Of a DNA stretch of 36,253 nucleotides, positions 25,460-34,947 are shown piece after piece. Position numbers and translations under genes: made by a program. Below the pieces are notes generated by a model. The model had not been told where the DNA came from. It saw nothing but the letters and a program-made list of their open reading frames with translations, and did no database searches. The stretch is from Bacteroidota bacterium (GTDB lineage: Bacteria > Bacteroidota > Bacteroidia > Flavobacteriales > Weeksellaceae): positions 1-36,253 of the forward strand of contig JAFDZJ010000131.1 in NCBI GenBank assembly GCA_018266965.1, written 5' to 3'. Every line of letters begins with the position of its first letter. Positions within the stretch are counted from its first letter, which is position 1.

Positions 25460-26953
25460 ATGAAAATCTACGGTATCGATAATTTCTCTATAGAAGAAGT
25501 TTTGGAAATAATACAAAATCCCAAAAAAGCCAAACTCGACAAAAAATCTAAAGAACAAATTCTGAAATCCTATAAAAATGTACAAAAAATTGTAGCTTCG
25601 GACAAAACAGTTTATGGCATCAACACAGGTTTCGGACCACTTTGCGACACGAAAATATCCGAAAACGAAACCTCTAAATTACAAGAAAACCTCATCATTT
25701 CCCATGCTGTTGGCGTTGGAAAACCAATTGCAAAAGAGCTATCCAAAATAATGATGGTTTGCAAAATCCACGCTCTCTCCAAGGGTTTTTCTGGCATTTC
25801 ATTGGAAGTAGTAGAAAGACTCATCTTGATGTTGGAAAAAGACATCATACCAGTTGTTCCGGAGCAAGGTTCTGTAGGAGCTTCTGGGGATTTGGCTCCA
25901 CTATCTCATTTGGTTCTACCATTATTAGGATATGGAAAAGTATGGAAAAACGATACTCCTGTTGATACCGCAACCGCATTGAAAGAAAATGGAATACAAC
26001 CTCTAAAACTACAAGCAAAAGAAGGACTTGCACTTATCAATGGTACACAATTTATTTTAGCACACGCCATTGCTGGTTTGGACAAATTCGGATACTTGTT
26101 GGATTTGGCAGATTTAGCTGCTGCGATGTCTTTGGAAGCCTATCAAGGTTCAGCTAGTCCTTTCAAAAAAGAATTGCATGAAATAAGACCTTACAAAGGA
26201 AGTAAAAAAGTTGCTGCTAGAATGTTGAAATTCCTAAAAGGGTCCGAAAACTTGAACGACCATGAAAACTGCGACAGAGTACAAGATCCTTACTCGTTGA
26301 GATGTGTACCACAAGTACATGGAGCAAGTAGAAATGCTTACACCCATCTGAAAGAAATGGCAGAAATAGAATTGAACTCTGTTACCGACAATCCAATTGT
26401 AATTTCTAGTGAGGAGGCAATTTCCGGTGGCAATTTCCATGGTCAACCGTTGGCAATGCCGTTGGATTATGCAACTTTGGCAGCAGCGGAACTAGGTAAT
26501 ATTTCGGACAGAAGAAGTTATCTGTTGTTGGAAGGAAAATATGGTCTTCCTAAATTATTAATAGAAAGCTCCGGCCTCAATTCAGGATTTATGATTCCAC
26601 AATATACTACTGCTGCATTAGTAACAGAAAATAAAACTTTGTGTTTTCCTGCATCTGCTGACTCTGTACCAACAAGTCTTGGACAAGAAGACCATGTAAG
26701 TATGGGAAGTATATCTGGTAGAAAATTCAACCAAGTATTAGGGAATTTGGAAAATATATTTGCAGTAGAATTGATGTTTGCTGCACAAGGAATGGAATTC
26801 CGAAGACCGCTGAAATCCACAAAGACAATTGAAGATAATCACAAAATAATCCGTTCCAAAGTTGCAAAATTAGAAGAAGACAGATTAATAGGCGAAGACA
26901 TCTTAGCAATTGCTGAATTAGTAAAAAACAGAAAATTGATTGTAACAATATAA
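25460..26953 (+). CDS. hutH: Histidine ammonia-lyase
   Basis: YGINTGFG, MIO motif GSVGASGDLAPL, KEGLALING, QDPYSLRC, GGNFHG, QEDHVSMG. Confidence 0.96.
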   Translation: MKIYGIDNFSIEEVLEIIQNPKKAKLDKKSKEQILKSYKNVQKIVASDKTVYGINTGFGPLCDTKISENETSKLQENLIISHAVGVGKPIAKELSKIMMVCKIHALSKGFSGISLEVVERLILMLEKDIIPVVPEQGSVGASGDLAPLSHLVLPLLGYGKVWKNDTPVDTATALKENGIQPLKLQAKEGLALINGTQFILAHAIAGLDKFGYLLDLADLAAAMSLEAYQGSASPFKKELHEIRPYKGSKKVAARMLKFLKGSENLNDHENCDRVQDPYSLRCVPQVHGASRNAYTHLKEMAEIELNSVTDNPIVISSEEAISGGNFHGQPLAMPLDYATLAAAELGNISDRRSYLLLEGKYGLPKLLIESSGLNSGFMIPQYTTAALVTENKTLCFPASADSVPTSLGQEDHVSMGSISGRKFNQVLGNLENIFAVELMFAAQGMEFRRPLKSTKTIEDNHKIIRSKVAKLEEDRLIGEDILAIAELVKNRKLIVTI

Positions 26954-26954
26954 T

Positions 26955-27944
26955 ATGAAAATGAAAAAACTGAATTATTTATTTTTCTTACTATTTTTTT
27001 GCATCTCTTTTGCACAAAATGTACAATTTGTAAACAAACAAAATATACCTGTAGAAGGTGTAGTACTGATAGACAACCATGGAAAAATGGTTGGTTCAAC
27101 AGATATAGGAGGCAATGTTCCACAGCAGAATTTGGACAAATCGGATTTTGTCATTCTTTCTCATCCCTCTTTGGAGCAAGACACTATCTACATAAAGGAT
27201 ATAAAAAACAACAGAGTAATTGTAAACCCTATACGAGAACAGAAAATAACAGAAGTTGCAATAAAAAATTCGGATAAAGAATACCTTACCATTACAGGAT
27301 ATTTCAACACTTATATTACCAACAATGGAGAGTTCAATGGATTTGTAGATGGGATTATGGAAACGGTAATCGATAGAAAAACTAACAAAGTAAAAGATAA
27401 CATCATCAAGGAATATAGAAGCTTTATTCTCGAAAAAAAGGAGGAAACAACCAAAGAAGTATCTTCTATGGTATTTGAAATGAATAAAACTCCAAAATTA
27501 AATTCACTTACAAATGCTATTTCGAAAGAAGGAAAATTCAAATTAACAAATAGCATCAATAACGAAATTATTGCCCAGTACAAAAAAAGTCTTTTTACTG
27601 AAAAAGAATTAAAATTATTCGGATACCGTTTATTTAATGAAAATCTTCTAGAATCATTTGTGTTTTCGGATAACAAAATACAACCAAAGAATTTGGTTTT
27701 CTACAAATGTGAGATATCAATGGATGTGAAACATAAAAGCGAGGAAAAATATAATCGCCTGAATATCTTCACCAATTTCTATCCAAACGAAATATCATTT
27801 AAAAATAAAAATGAATTGGAAAAAGGAGTGAAATTCGACAGAGAAAAAAGTCAAGTCAAAACAAAATATTGGGAAGATGAAAACAATGCAGGTATCTACA
27901 AAATCCTTGCTGCACAGTTTAAAGAAAATTTCAAACAACAATAA
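26955..27944 (+). CDS. Secreted hypothetical protein (N-terminal carboxypeptidase-regulatory-like segment)
   Basis: Signal peptide ending SFA/Q, PVEGV...STDIGG and ITEVAI pattern; 1 bp after the hutH stop (start may be 26961). Confidence 0.7.
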   Translation: MKMKKLNYLFFLLFFCISFAQNVQFVNKQNIPVEGVVLIDNHGKMVGSTDIGGNVPQQNLDKSDFVILSHPSLEQDTIYIKDIKNNRVIVNPIREQKITEVAIKNSDKEYLTITGYFNTYITNNGEFNGFVDGIMETVIDRKTNKVKDNIIKEYRSFILEKKEETTKEVSSMVFEMNKTPKLNSLTNAISKEGKFKLTNSINNEIIAQYKKSLFTEKELKLFGYRLFNENLLESFVFSDNKIQPKNLVFYKCEISMDVKHKSEEKYNRLNIFTNFYPNEISFKNKNELEKGVKFDREKSQVKTKYWEDENNAGIYKILAAQFKENFKQQ

Positions 27945-28031
27945 TCATTAAAATAGAAAAATAAAAATTTAGAATTCTTTGCATAATTAAGAAATTAACT
28001 AATTTTGCATTTCATAATTTAAAAAAATACT

Positions 28032-29015
28032 ATGGCAGAATATACTTTTCGAGAAGTGATAGCACAAGCAATGAGCGAAGAAATGCGTAAAGACGACTCT
28101 ATCTATTTGATGGGCGAAGAAGTTGCAGAATACAATGGTGCCTACAAAGCATCCAAAGGTATGCTGGACGAATTCGGTCCCAAAAGAGTAATCGACACAC
28201 CAATTGCCGAATTGGGTTTCTCGGGTATTGCTGTTGGCTCTGCTATGAATGGAAATAGACCAATTGTGGAATTTATGACTTTTAATTTTTCATTGGTTGG
28301 GATTGACCAAATCATTAATAATGCTGCCAAAATCAGACAGATGAGCGGTGGACAATGGAATTGCCCTATTGTCTTTCGTGGACCTACTGCTTCTGCCGGA
28401 CAATTGGGTGCTACACACTCCCAAGCATTGGAAAGTTGGTATGCCAATTGCCCTGGATTGAAAGTTGTAGTCCCATCCAATCCTTATGATGCCAAAGGAC
28501 TTTTGAAAACCGCTATACAAGACAACGACCCTGTTATCTTTATGGAATCCGAGCAAATGTATGGCGACAAAATGGAAATTCCTGAGGAGGAATATTATAT
28601 CCCATTAGGAAAAGCTGACATAAAAAAAGAAGGAAAAGATGTAACACTGGTTTCCTTTGGAAAAATTGTAAAATTAGCTCTACAAGCTGCTGAAGATTTG
28701 GAAAAAGAAGGGATTTCTGTTGAAGTAATAGACCTAAGAACAGTAAGACCTTTGGACTATGACACTATATTAGCATCTGTAAAAAAAACTAACAGATTGG
28801 TAATATTGGAAGAAGCTTGGCCATTTGCAAGTATCGCATCGGAAATAACCTATATGGTACAACAAAAAGCATTTGATTACCTTGATGCTCCTATCAAAAG
28901 AATTACTACTCCAGATGCACCGGCTCCATATTCCGCAGCTCTATTCGCAGAATGGTTTCCAAAATTGGAAAAAGTGAAAGACGAACTGAAAAAAGCACTT
29001 TATATAAAATCATAA
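28032..29015 (+). CDS. pdhB: Pyruvate dehydrogenase E1 beta subunit
   Basis: GEEVAEYNGAYK, DTPIAE, EFMTFNF, ATHSQ, EVIDLRTVRPLD; TAATTTTG promoter box at 28000-28007. Confidence 0.95.
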   Translation: MAEYTFREVIAQAMSEEMRKDDSIYLMGEEVAEYNGAYKASKGMLDEFGPKRVIDTPIAELGFSGIAVGSAMNGNRPIVEFMTFNFSLVGIDQIINNAAKIRQMSGGQWNCPIVFRGPTASAGQLGATHSQALESWYANCPGLKVVVPSNPYDAKGLLKTAIQDNDPVIFMESEQMYGDKMEIPEEEYYIPLGKADIKKEGKDVTLVSFGKIVKLALQAAEDLEKEGISVEVIDLRTVRPLDYDTILASVKKTNRLVILEEAWPFASIASEITYMVQQKAFDYLDAPIKRITTPDAPAPYSAALFAEWFPKLEKVKDELKKALYIKS

Positions 29016-29036
29016 TTTTTTTTTTATACAATCCAT

Positions 29037-29065
29037 TAAGACGCAATCATTTGCGTCTTATTTTA
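29037..29065 (+). terminator. Terminator after pdhB
   Basis: TAAGACGCAA-tcat-TTGCGTCTTA followed by TTTTT. Confidence 0.8.
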
Positions 29066-29137
29066 TTACCTGCATAGAAAAAAAATATTTTGGTTTAAAA
29101 ATAAAATTATATTTGCAACAAATTTTCATTAAAAAAA

Positions 29138-31126
29138 ATGGCAAACATTACAGAAGGTGGTCATCATTTTGACACCAACAAACTTACCTTTATTGGGGTT
29201 ATTGTATCATTAGGAATTGTATTTGGAGATATTGGTACTTCCCCACTCTATGTGATGAAGGCTATTGTAAGTGCATTCAAAAGTGGAGCTTCCATGCCTT
29301 TTGATGAGTATATAGAAGGTGCTTTGTCTTGCGTAATTTGGACACTAACTTTACAAACTACCATAAAATATGTAATTATTGCTCTCCGTGCAGACAACAA
29401 AGGCGAAGGAGGTATATTAGCATTATTTTCATTAGTGAAAAATTTAAAAAAAGGTTGGCTATACATCATTGCTATTATTGGTGCAGCAGCCCTTATTGCC
29501 GATGGAGTTATTACCCCTTCCCTAACCGTGATGTCCGCCATAGAAGGTTTGCAAATCTATAATCCTCATACTCCGGTAGTACTGATTACTTGTGTAATAC
29601 TATTAGTAATATTTGTGATTCAACAATTCGGGACATCATTTATTGGAAAATATTTTGGACCTGTTATGGTCATTTGGTTTTTGGTATTGGGAGGAATTGG
29701 AGCCAAACATCTAATCACGAATTTTGAAATTCTGAAAGCATTCAATCCGTATTATGCTTATAATTTGATTGTACACTCTCCTAGTGCAATTGTAATTTTG
29801 GGTGCAGTATTTCTTTGTACAACTGGTGCAGAAGCTCTATACTCCGACCTTGGACACTGTGGTAAGAAAAACATTAGGATTAGTTGGACTTTTGTGAAAA
29901 TAATGCTTATCCTAAACTACCTAGGACAAGGAGCTTGGTTACTGAACGAGCATAATTCCGGAATCACTGTTGAGGTTAATCCATTTTTTGGCATCATGCC
30001 GGAATGGTTCGTTATCCCCGGTGTAATTCTAGCAACCGCTGCTGCAATTATTGCTAGCCAAGCATTGATTTCCGGTTCGTTTACAATTTTCTCCGAAGCC
30101 ATGTCCCTCAATCTTTGGCCTAATCAAAAAATTGATTACCCTTCCGGAGTAAAAGGTCAAATGTACATTCCGAGAATTAATTGGGGATTATTATTGTTCT
30201 GCCTTATTGTAGTATTACATTTTCAAGAATCTGGCAGAATGGAAGCTGCTTATGGACTATCCATCACACTTACAATGCTTATGACCTCTATACTATTGGT
30301 ATATTGGCTGTTGAAAAAAAGAGTGAACAAACTTATTATTTTAGCATTCGCACTTGTATATTTTTCCATAGAAATTGGCTTTTTCTCTGCCAATGTTATT
30401 AAATTTTTCGAAGGAGGTTGGATTACAGTAGTCTTGGCAGGTTTCATAGGGGTTTGTATGTACGCTTGGTTCAATGGAAGAAGTATAAAAACCAAATTCA
30501 TTAATTTTGTAAAATTGGACAAATATGTTTCTGTTATTAAAGACATGAAACTCGATGAAAGTATCCCGAAATACGCCACTAATCTCGCTTTCCTCAGTAG
30601 AGCTAAAAGAGAAGATGAAATAGAGTCCAAAATTATCTATTCCATCATAAGAAAACAGCCCAAAAGAGCCGACCACTATTTCATCTTGAACATCATTAAC
30701 CAAGAAGATCCATATACCTTCAAATATTTTGTTGATGAAATAATGCCCGGAACTATTTTCAGAATAAATTTCCTACTTGGTTTCAAGGTAGATCGTAGGA
30801 TCAATGACTATTTCGACCAAGTGCTAAAAGATATGATGGACGAAGAAATTATCTCTTCCAGAAGTTCACACCCATCTTTGAGAGATCACAATATTCCACC
30901 AGATTTGAAATATGTAATTATTGATAATACCTACATCAACGAAACGCTACTCACAGTAAAAGAAAAAATTGTCCTCAATATTTATAATTTTGTAAAATAT
31001 ATAGGCAGCGACGATTTCAAAGCTTGGGGTGTTTCTCCACACAATGTAGTGGTAGAATCCGCTCCTATAATGGATCAAGAACTGAACGCCAGAAAAATAG
31101 AGCAAGTAAAAACCAATCATCGATAA
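29138..31126 (+). CDS. kup: KUP/HAK/KT potassium transporter
   Basis: GIVFGDIGTSPLY, DNKGEGG, TGAEALYSDLGH, GQMYIP, AAYG; TATATTTG promoter box at 29108-29115. Confidence 0.96.
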   Translation: MANITEGGHHFDTNKLTFIGVIVSLGIVFGDIGTSPLYVMKAIVSAFKSGASMPFDEYIEGALSCVIWTLTLQTTIKYVIIALRADNKGEGGILALFSLVKNLKKGWLYIIAIIGAAALIADGVITPSLTVMSAIEGLQIYNPHTPVVLITCVILLVIFVIQQFGTSFIGKYFGPVMVIWFLVLGGIGAKHLITNFEILKAFNPYYAYNLIVHSPSAIVILGAVFLCTTGAEALYSDLGHCGKKNIRISWTFVKIMLILNYLGQGAWLLNEHNSGITVEVNPFFGIMPEWFVIPGVILATAAAIIASQALISGSFTIFSEAMSLNLWPNQKIDYPSGVKGQMYIPRINWGLLLFCLIVVLHFQESGRMEAAYGLSITLTMLMTSILLVYWLLKKRVNKLIILAFALVYFSIEIGFFSANVIKFFEGGWITVVLAGFIGVCMYAWFNGRSIKTKFINFVKLDKYVSVIKDMKLDESIPKYATNLAFLSRAKREDEIESKIIYSIIRKQPKRADHYFILNIINQEDPYTFKYFVDEIMPGTIFRINFLLGFKVDRRINDYFDQVLKDMMDEEIISSRSSHPSLRDHNIPPDLKYVIIDNTYINETLLTVKEKIVLNIYNFVKYIGSDDFKAWGVSPHNVVVESAPIMDQELNARKIEQVKTNHR

Positions 31127-31297
31127 TCAATAATTTTGCAATAAAGAATTTTTCTCTATTTCTAATCGAGAAAGGTAAAACTTACTAAAATAGTGGGTAC
31201 AATATCAAATAAAATTATTTTGAATTTTATCAATTGTTTAATTTCAAAAATCAAACTTTTTTAGCAACTTTGCATTCTAAAATTTTTATCATCAACA

Positions 31298-32689
31298 ATG
31301 AAGATTAAATACTCGGAACTTATCGATCAAACTCTTTATTTCCCAACGGAAGAATTTGATGTTGCCGAACACAAACTGCAATTTCATGGTATTCCTTTGA
31401 TGGAAGTTGCCGAAAAATTTGGCACTCCTCTGAAATTTAATTATCTACCAAAAATCTCTATGAATATCAACAGAGCGAAAGCTTGGTTCAAAGAGGCTTT
31501 TGAAAGAAATGATTATAAAAAAAGCTATCGATATTGTTACTGTACCAAATCCAGTCATTTCAAATTCGTTTTAGATGAAGCTTTGAAGAATGACATCTCC
31601 ATAGAAACTTCTTCCGCCTTTGATATAGATATTGTAAAATCCCTATACAAAGAAGGAAAAGTAAACAAAGAGATTGAGGTGATTTGTAACGGTTTCAAAA
31701 CCGATGATTATCTTACCAAGATTTCGGACCTCATCAATAGTGGTTTTGAGAATATAACCCCTATTATTGATAATTATAGAGAACTGGATAAGCTAACCGA
31801 GAGTATTGATACTACTTTTGATATTGGGATAAGGATTGCTTCCGAAGAAGAACCAAAATTCGAATTTTATACTTCTAGGTTGGGAATTGGTTACAAGGAT
31901 ATAATACCTTATTATTCTCAAAAAATTGCAGAACACCCCAATGCAAGGCTGAAAATGCTACATTTCTTCATCAATACAGGTATCAAAGATACAGCTTACT
32001 ATTGGAATGAATTGTACAAATGTTTGAGAGTGTATGCTAGGCTCAAAAAAATTGCTCCAGAAGTAGATTGCCTTAACATTGGTGGCGGTTTCCCTATAAA
32101 AACTTCACTCAATTTCGATTATGATTACCAATATATGGTTAATGAAATCGTGATGCAAATAAAAAAATTCTGTGAAGAAGAAGGAGTGGAAGAACCAAAT
32201 ATCTATACAGAATTTGGCAGCTTTACCGTTGGAGAAAGCGGAGGTCATTTGTATAAAATTATTTCTCAAAAAAGACAAAACGATAGAGAAAAATGGAATA
32301 TGATAGATTCTTCTTTCATGACTACTCTGCCGGATACTTGGGCTATATCTAGACATTTCATCATGTTACCTATCAACCGTTGGGAAGATACCTACGAAAG
32401 AGTTTTTCTAGGTGGTCTAACTTGCGATTCCGATGATTATTACAACTCCGAACAACATACCAATGCTATCTACCTACCGGTTTTCAATGACACAAAACCT
32501 TTGTACATAGGATTTTTCAACACAGGAGCTTATCAAGAAACCATTAGTGGATATGGTGGCGTACACCATTGTTTGATGCCTCAACCCAAACATATTCTGA
32601 TTGATAAAGATGAGAATGGCGAATTTGTTTATTCTATTTTTCGTGAAGAACAAAGTCCAGAAGAAGTATTGAAATTATTAGGATATTAA
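31298..32689 (+). CDS. speA: Arginine decarboxylase (alanine-racemase-fold Orn/Lys/Arg decarboxylase, Flavobacteriales type)
   Basis: YCTKSS PLP lysine, CNGFK, NIGGGF, EFGSF, LTCDSDD, GAYQE. Confidence 0.85.
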   Translation: MKIKYSELIDQTLYFPTEEFDVAEHKLQFHGIPLMEVAEKFGTPLKFNYLPKISMNINRAKAWFKEAFERNDYKKSYRYCYCTKSSHFKFVLDEALKNDISIETSSAFDIDIVKSLYKEGKVNKEIEVICNGFKTDDYLTKISDLINSGFENITPIIDNYRELDKLTESIDTTFDIGIRIASEEEPKFEFYTSRLGIGYKDIIPYYSQKIAEHPNARLKMLHFFINTGIKDTAYYWNELYKCLRVYARLKKIAPEVDCLNIGGGFPIKTSLNFDYDYQYMVNEIVMQIKKFCEEEGVEEPNIYTEFGSFTVGESGGHLYKIISQKRQNDREKWNMIDSSFMTTLPDTWAISRHFIMLPINRWEDTYERVFLGGLTCDSDDYYNSEQHTNAIYLPVFNDTKPLYIGFFNTGAYQETISGYGGVHHCLMPQPKHILIDKDENGEFVYSIFREEQSPEEVLKLLGY

Positions 32690-32708
32690 AAAACAATTTT
32701 AAGATAAC

Positions 32709-32745
32709 AAAAAACAATCTACCCATTTGGATAGATTGTTTTTTT
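32709..32745. terminator. Bidirectional terminator
   Basis: AAAAAACAATCTA...TAGATTGTTTTTT between convergent speA and the NifU gene. Confidence 0.8.
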
Positions 32746-32766
32746 ATAGGAAATAGTTATCAGAAA

Positions 32767-33003
32767 CTAATCAACACTAATAACTTCGGTTATTTCTGGT
32801 ACAAATTGTTTTACCGTACTTTCTACACCGAGTTTCATGGTCGAAAAGCTCATAGGACAACCATTGCAATTGCCAATTAATTTAACAAAAACTTTGGTGT
32901 CTTTTACATCGACAAGTTCTATATCTCCTCCATCATTTACCAAAAATGGTCGGATAGAATCCAGTGCTTCCAACACCTTTGTTACAGTTTCTTCTTGAGT
33001 CAT
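32767..33003 (-). CDS. NifU/Nfu-domain Fe-S scaffold protein
   Basis: IRPFLVNDGGDIELV, GNCNGC, TMKLGVE. Confidence 0.93.
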   Translation of the reverse strand: MTQEETVTKVLEALDSIRPFLVNDGGDIELVDVKDTKVFVKLIGNCNGCPMSFSTMKLGVESTVKQFVPEITEVISVD

Positions 33004-33033
33004 ATTTTGAAATAATAGCTGTTATTAGTATTT

Positions 33034-34137
33034 TTATTTTTTAGGAGAACAACCTGCCATAGTTGTTATTTTTACAGCTTCGGTTGGAGGTAAGTTATTA
33101 TTTCTTTCCACCAAACTTTCCACCATATTTTGGGCTGTATTATAGTATATTTCACTTATTTTAGAATTTTCTTGTAGAGCAGCTGGTCTTCCTACATCGC
33201 CAGCTTCTCTTATGCTTTGGATAATTGGTATTTCTCCTAAAACTGGTATATTCAGTTGTTCTGCAAGTTGCTGAGCACCTTGATTTCCAAAAATATAATA
33301 TTTGTTATCCGGTAGTTCTTCTGGTGTAAAATACGCCATATTTTCTACCAATCCCAACACAGGAACATTTATACTATCCATGGTAAACATAGCAATACCC
33401 TTTCTTACATCGGCAAGTGCAACATGTTGCGGGGTAGAAACTATTACAGCACCAGTAACCGGAACTTCTTGAATGATGGACAAATGAATATCGCCTGTAC
33501 CAGGAGGAAGATCAATCAGTAAAAAATCCAACTCTCCCCAATGAGCATCTCTAATCATTTGGTTCAAAGCTTTAGAAGCCATAGGTCCTCGCCAAACTAC
33601 CGCTTGATTAGCACCAGAAAAATAGCCAATGGATAACATTTTCACTCCATAATTTTCAATAGGTTCCATCAAATTTTTGCCATTTACTTCCACCGATAGT
33701 GGTTTGGAACCCTCTGTATCCAACATGGTAGGGATAGAAGGTCCATAGATATCGGCATCCAATAATCCTACTTTGAAACCCATTTTAGCCAATGTAACCG
33801 CCAAATTGGTAGCAACAGTAGATTTTCCAACGCCACCTTTTCCAGATGCTATGGCGATTATATTTTGTATTCCTGGGATTTGTTTACCTTTTATCAAATT
33901 TTGTTGAACTTGTGTTGGTTCTGGCGAAATTATTTTTAATTTCAAATTTACATTTTCTCCAAACTCTGTAGCAAACGCCTGTTTCATAGCTACTTCCAGT
34001 TTCTTTTTTTCGTGCATAGCTGGAGAATGGGCAGTCATATCTATATATACTTCGTTACCCATTATTTGCAAATTATTGACCAAGTCATCAACTTCTATCT
34101 CTTTCAGAAATTCCTGTACTTTTATTTTTGTAAGCAT
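33034..34137 (-). CDS. mrp: Mrp/NBP35 (ApbC) Fe-S carrier ATPase
   Basis: SGKGGVGKST, DADIYGPS, WRGPM, DLPPGTGD, ENM; minus-strand TAAATTTG promoter box at 34164-34171. Confidence 0.95.
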   Translation of the reverse strand: MLTKIKVQEFLKEIEVDDLVNNLQIMGNEVYIDMTAHSPAMHEKKKLEVAMKQAFATEFGENVNLKLKIISPEPTQVQQNLIKGKQIPGIQNIIAIASGKGGVGKSTVATNLAVTLAKMGFKVGLLDADIYGPSIPTMLDTEGSKPLSVEVNGKNLMEPIENYGVKMLSIGYFSGANQAVVWRGPMASKALNQMIRDAHWGELDFLLIDLPPGTGDIHLSIIQEVPVTGAVIVSTPQHVALADVRKGIAMFTMDSINVPVLGLVENMAYFTPEELPDNKYYIFGNQGAQQLAEQLNIPVLGEIPIIQSIREAGDVGRPAALQENSKISEIYYNTAQNMVESLVERNNNLPPTEAVKITTMAGCSPKK

Positions 34138-34212
34138 GATTTTTATATAAAAAATATTGACTACAAATTTACGGCTTTTATTTAATTTAGAATGAATAAA
34201 AGTAAGACAATT

Positions 34213-34947
34213 TTATCTGAAATATTGTAAAAATGGAAATTTATCCCACAACAAATCACTAGATTTCATAAGCCAAGAAGTAGAAAAGAAAAACAATGCC
34301 GTGGTTTCGAAAATAATTGTGGAAAATTTTATAAAGCAACTATTCGGAAATTGTTTTTCCGTAACAACGAAGTTAAAAAAGGCAATACAAGCTATACTAA
34401 GCAAAATACCAATTCCACATATTTTGTAATAATTATTTCTATTTTTTTTCTTTCTTAAAGCGTCTGAATTGGACATTTCTATTTCATTATCCATATTCTG
34501 AAAAAATACCAAACAGTAAATTGCAAACCCCAAGAATAAAAGAAATGCAGACCCAAAATGAATATAATTAAACCAATCTGGATAAAAGTCTAACTGTATA
34601 TATCTTGTTCCATCGTATCCATCATATTTAGTAGGAAAAGCTGCAACACACAAAGCAAAAAATCCTGTAAGGTTGGAGAGTCTATTTTCCCATCTATTTT
34701 TTCCTCGATAAGTTAAAAACAATCCGCCCAAAATACAAAGTGTTCCGACAAAGATAATATGTGCAAAACTGTAATAATAATGGCTAATACTGATTTTCCA
34801 AACTTGAGTATCCTGTAACAAAAAAACGGTTACAACAAGCATGAAAGTTAGGAAAAATCCCAAAATACCGATAAATAATCGGAGTTGTTTGTAAGAAATG
34901 ATGCTGTCTTGGTCATCAAATCGCTCTATAATATTATTTGTTTTCAT
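34213..34947 (-). CDS. Polytopic membrane protein (DUF998-like, about 6 TM)
   Basis: SYKQLRLFIGILG, SISHYYY, FVGTLC, FPT, IHF and ET..F..SW motifs; ATGA overlap with the upstream gene. Confidence 0.65.
   Translation of the reverse strand: MKTNNIIERFDDQDSIISYKQLRLFIGILGFFLTFMLVVTVFLLQDTQVWKISISHYYYSFAHIIFVGTLCILGGLFLTYRGKNRWENRLSNLTGFFALCVAAFPTKYDGYDGTRYIQLDFYPDWFNYIHFGSAFLLFLGFAIYCLVFFQNMDNEIEMSNSDALRKKKNRNNYYKICGIGILLSIACIAFFNFVVTEKQFPNSCFIKFSTIIFETTALFFFSTSWLMKSSDLLWDKFPFLQYFR

Noticed and set aside
1248-32356. The many short antisense or alternate-frame ORFs in the track (for example 9622-10188, 11257-11640, 23366-23683, 30250-30630)
   Set aside because: They lie inside well-supported genes and have shadow-ORF composition.
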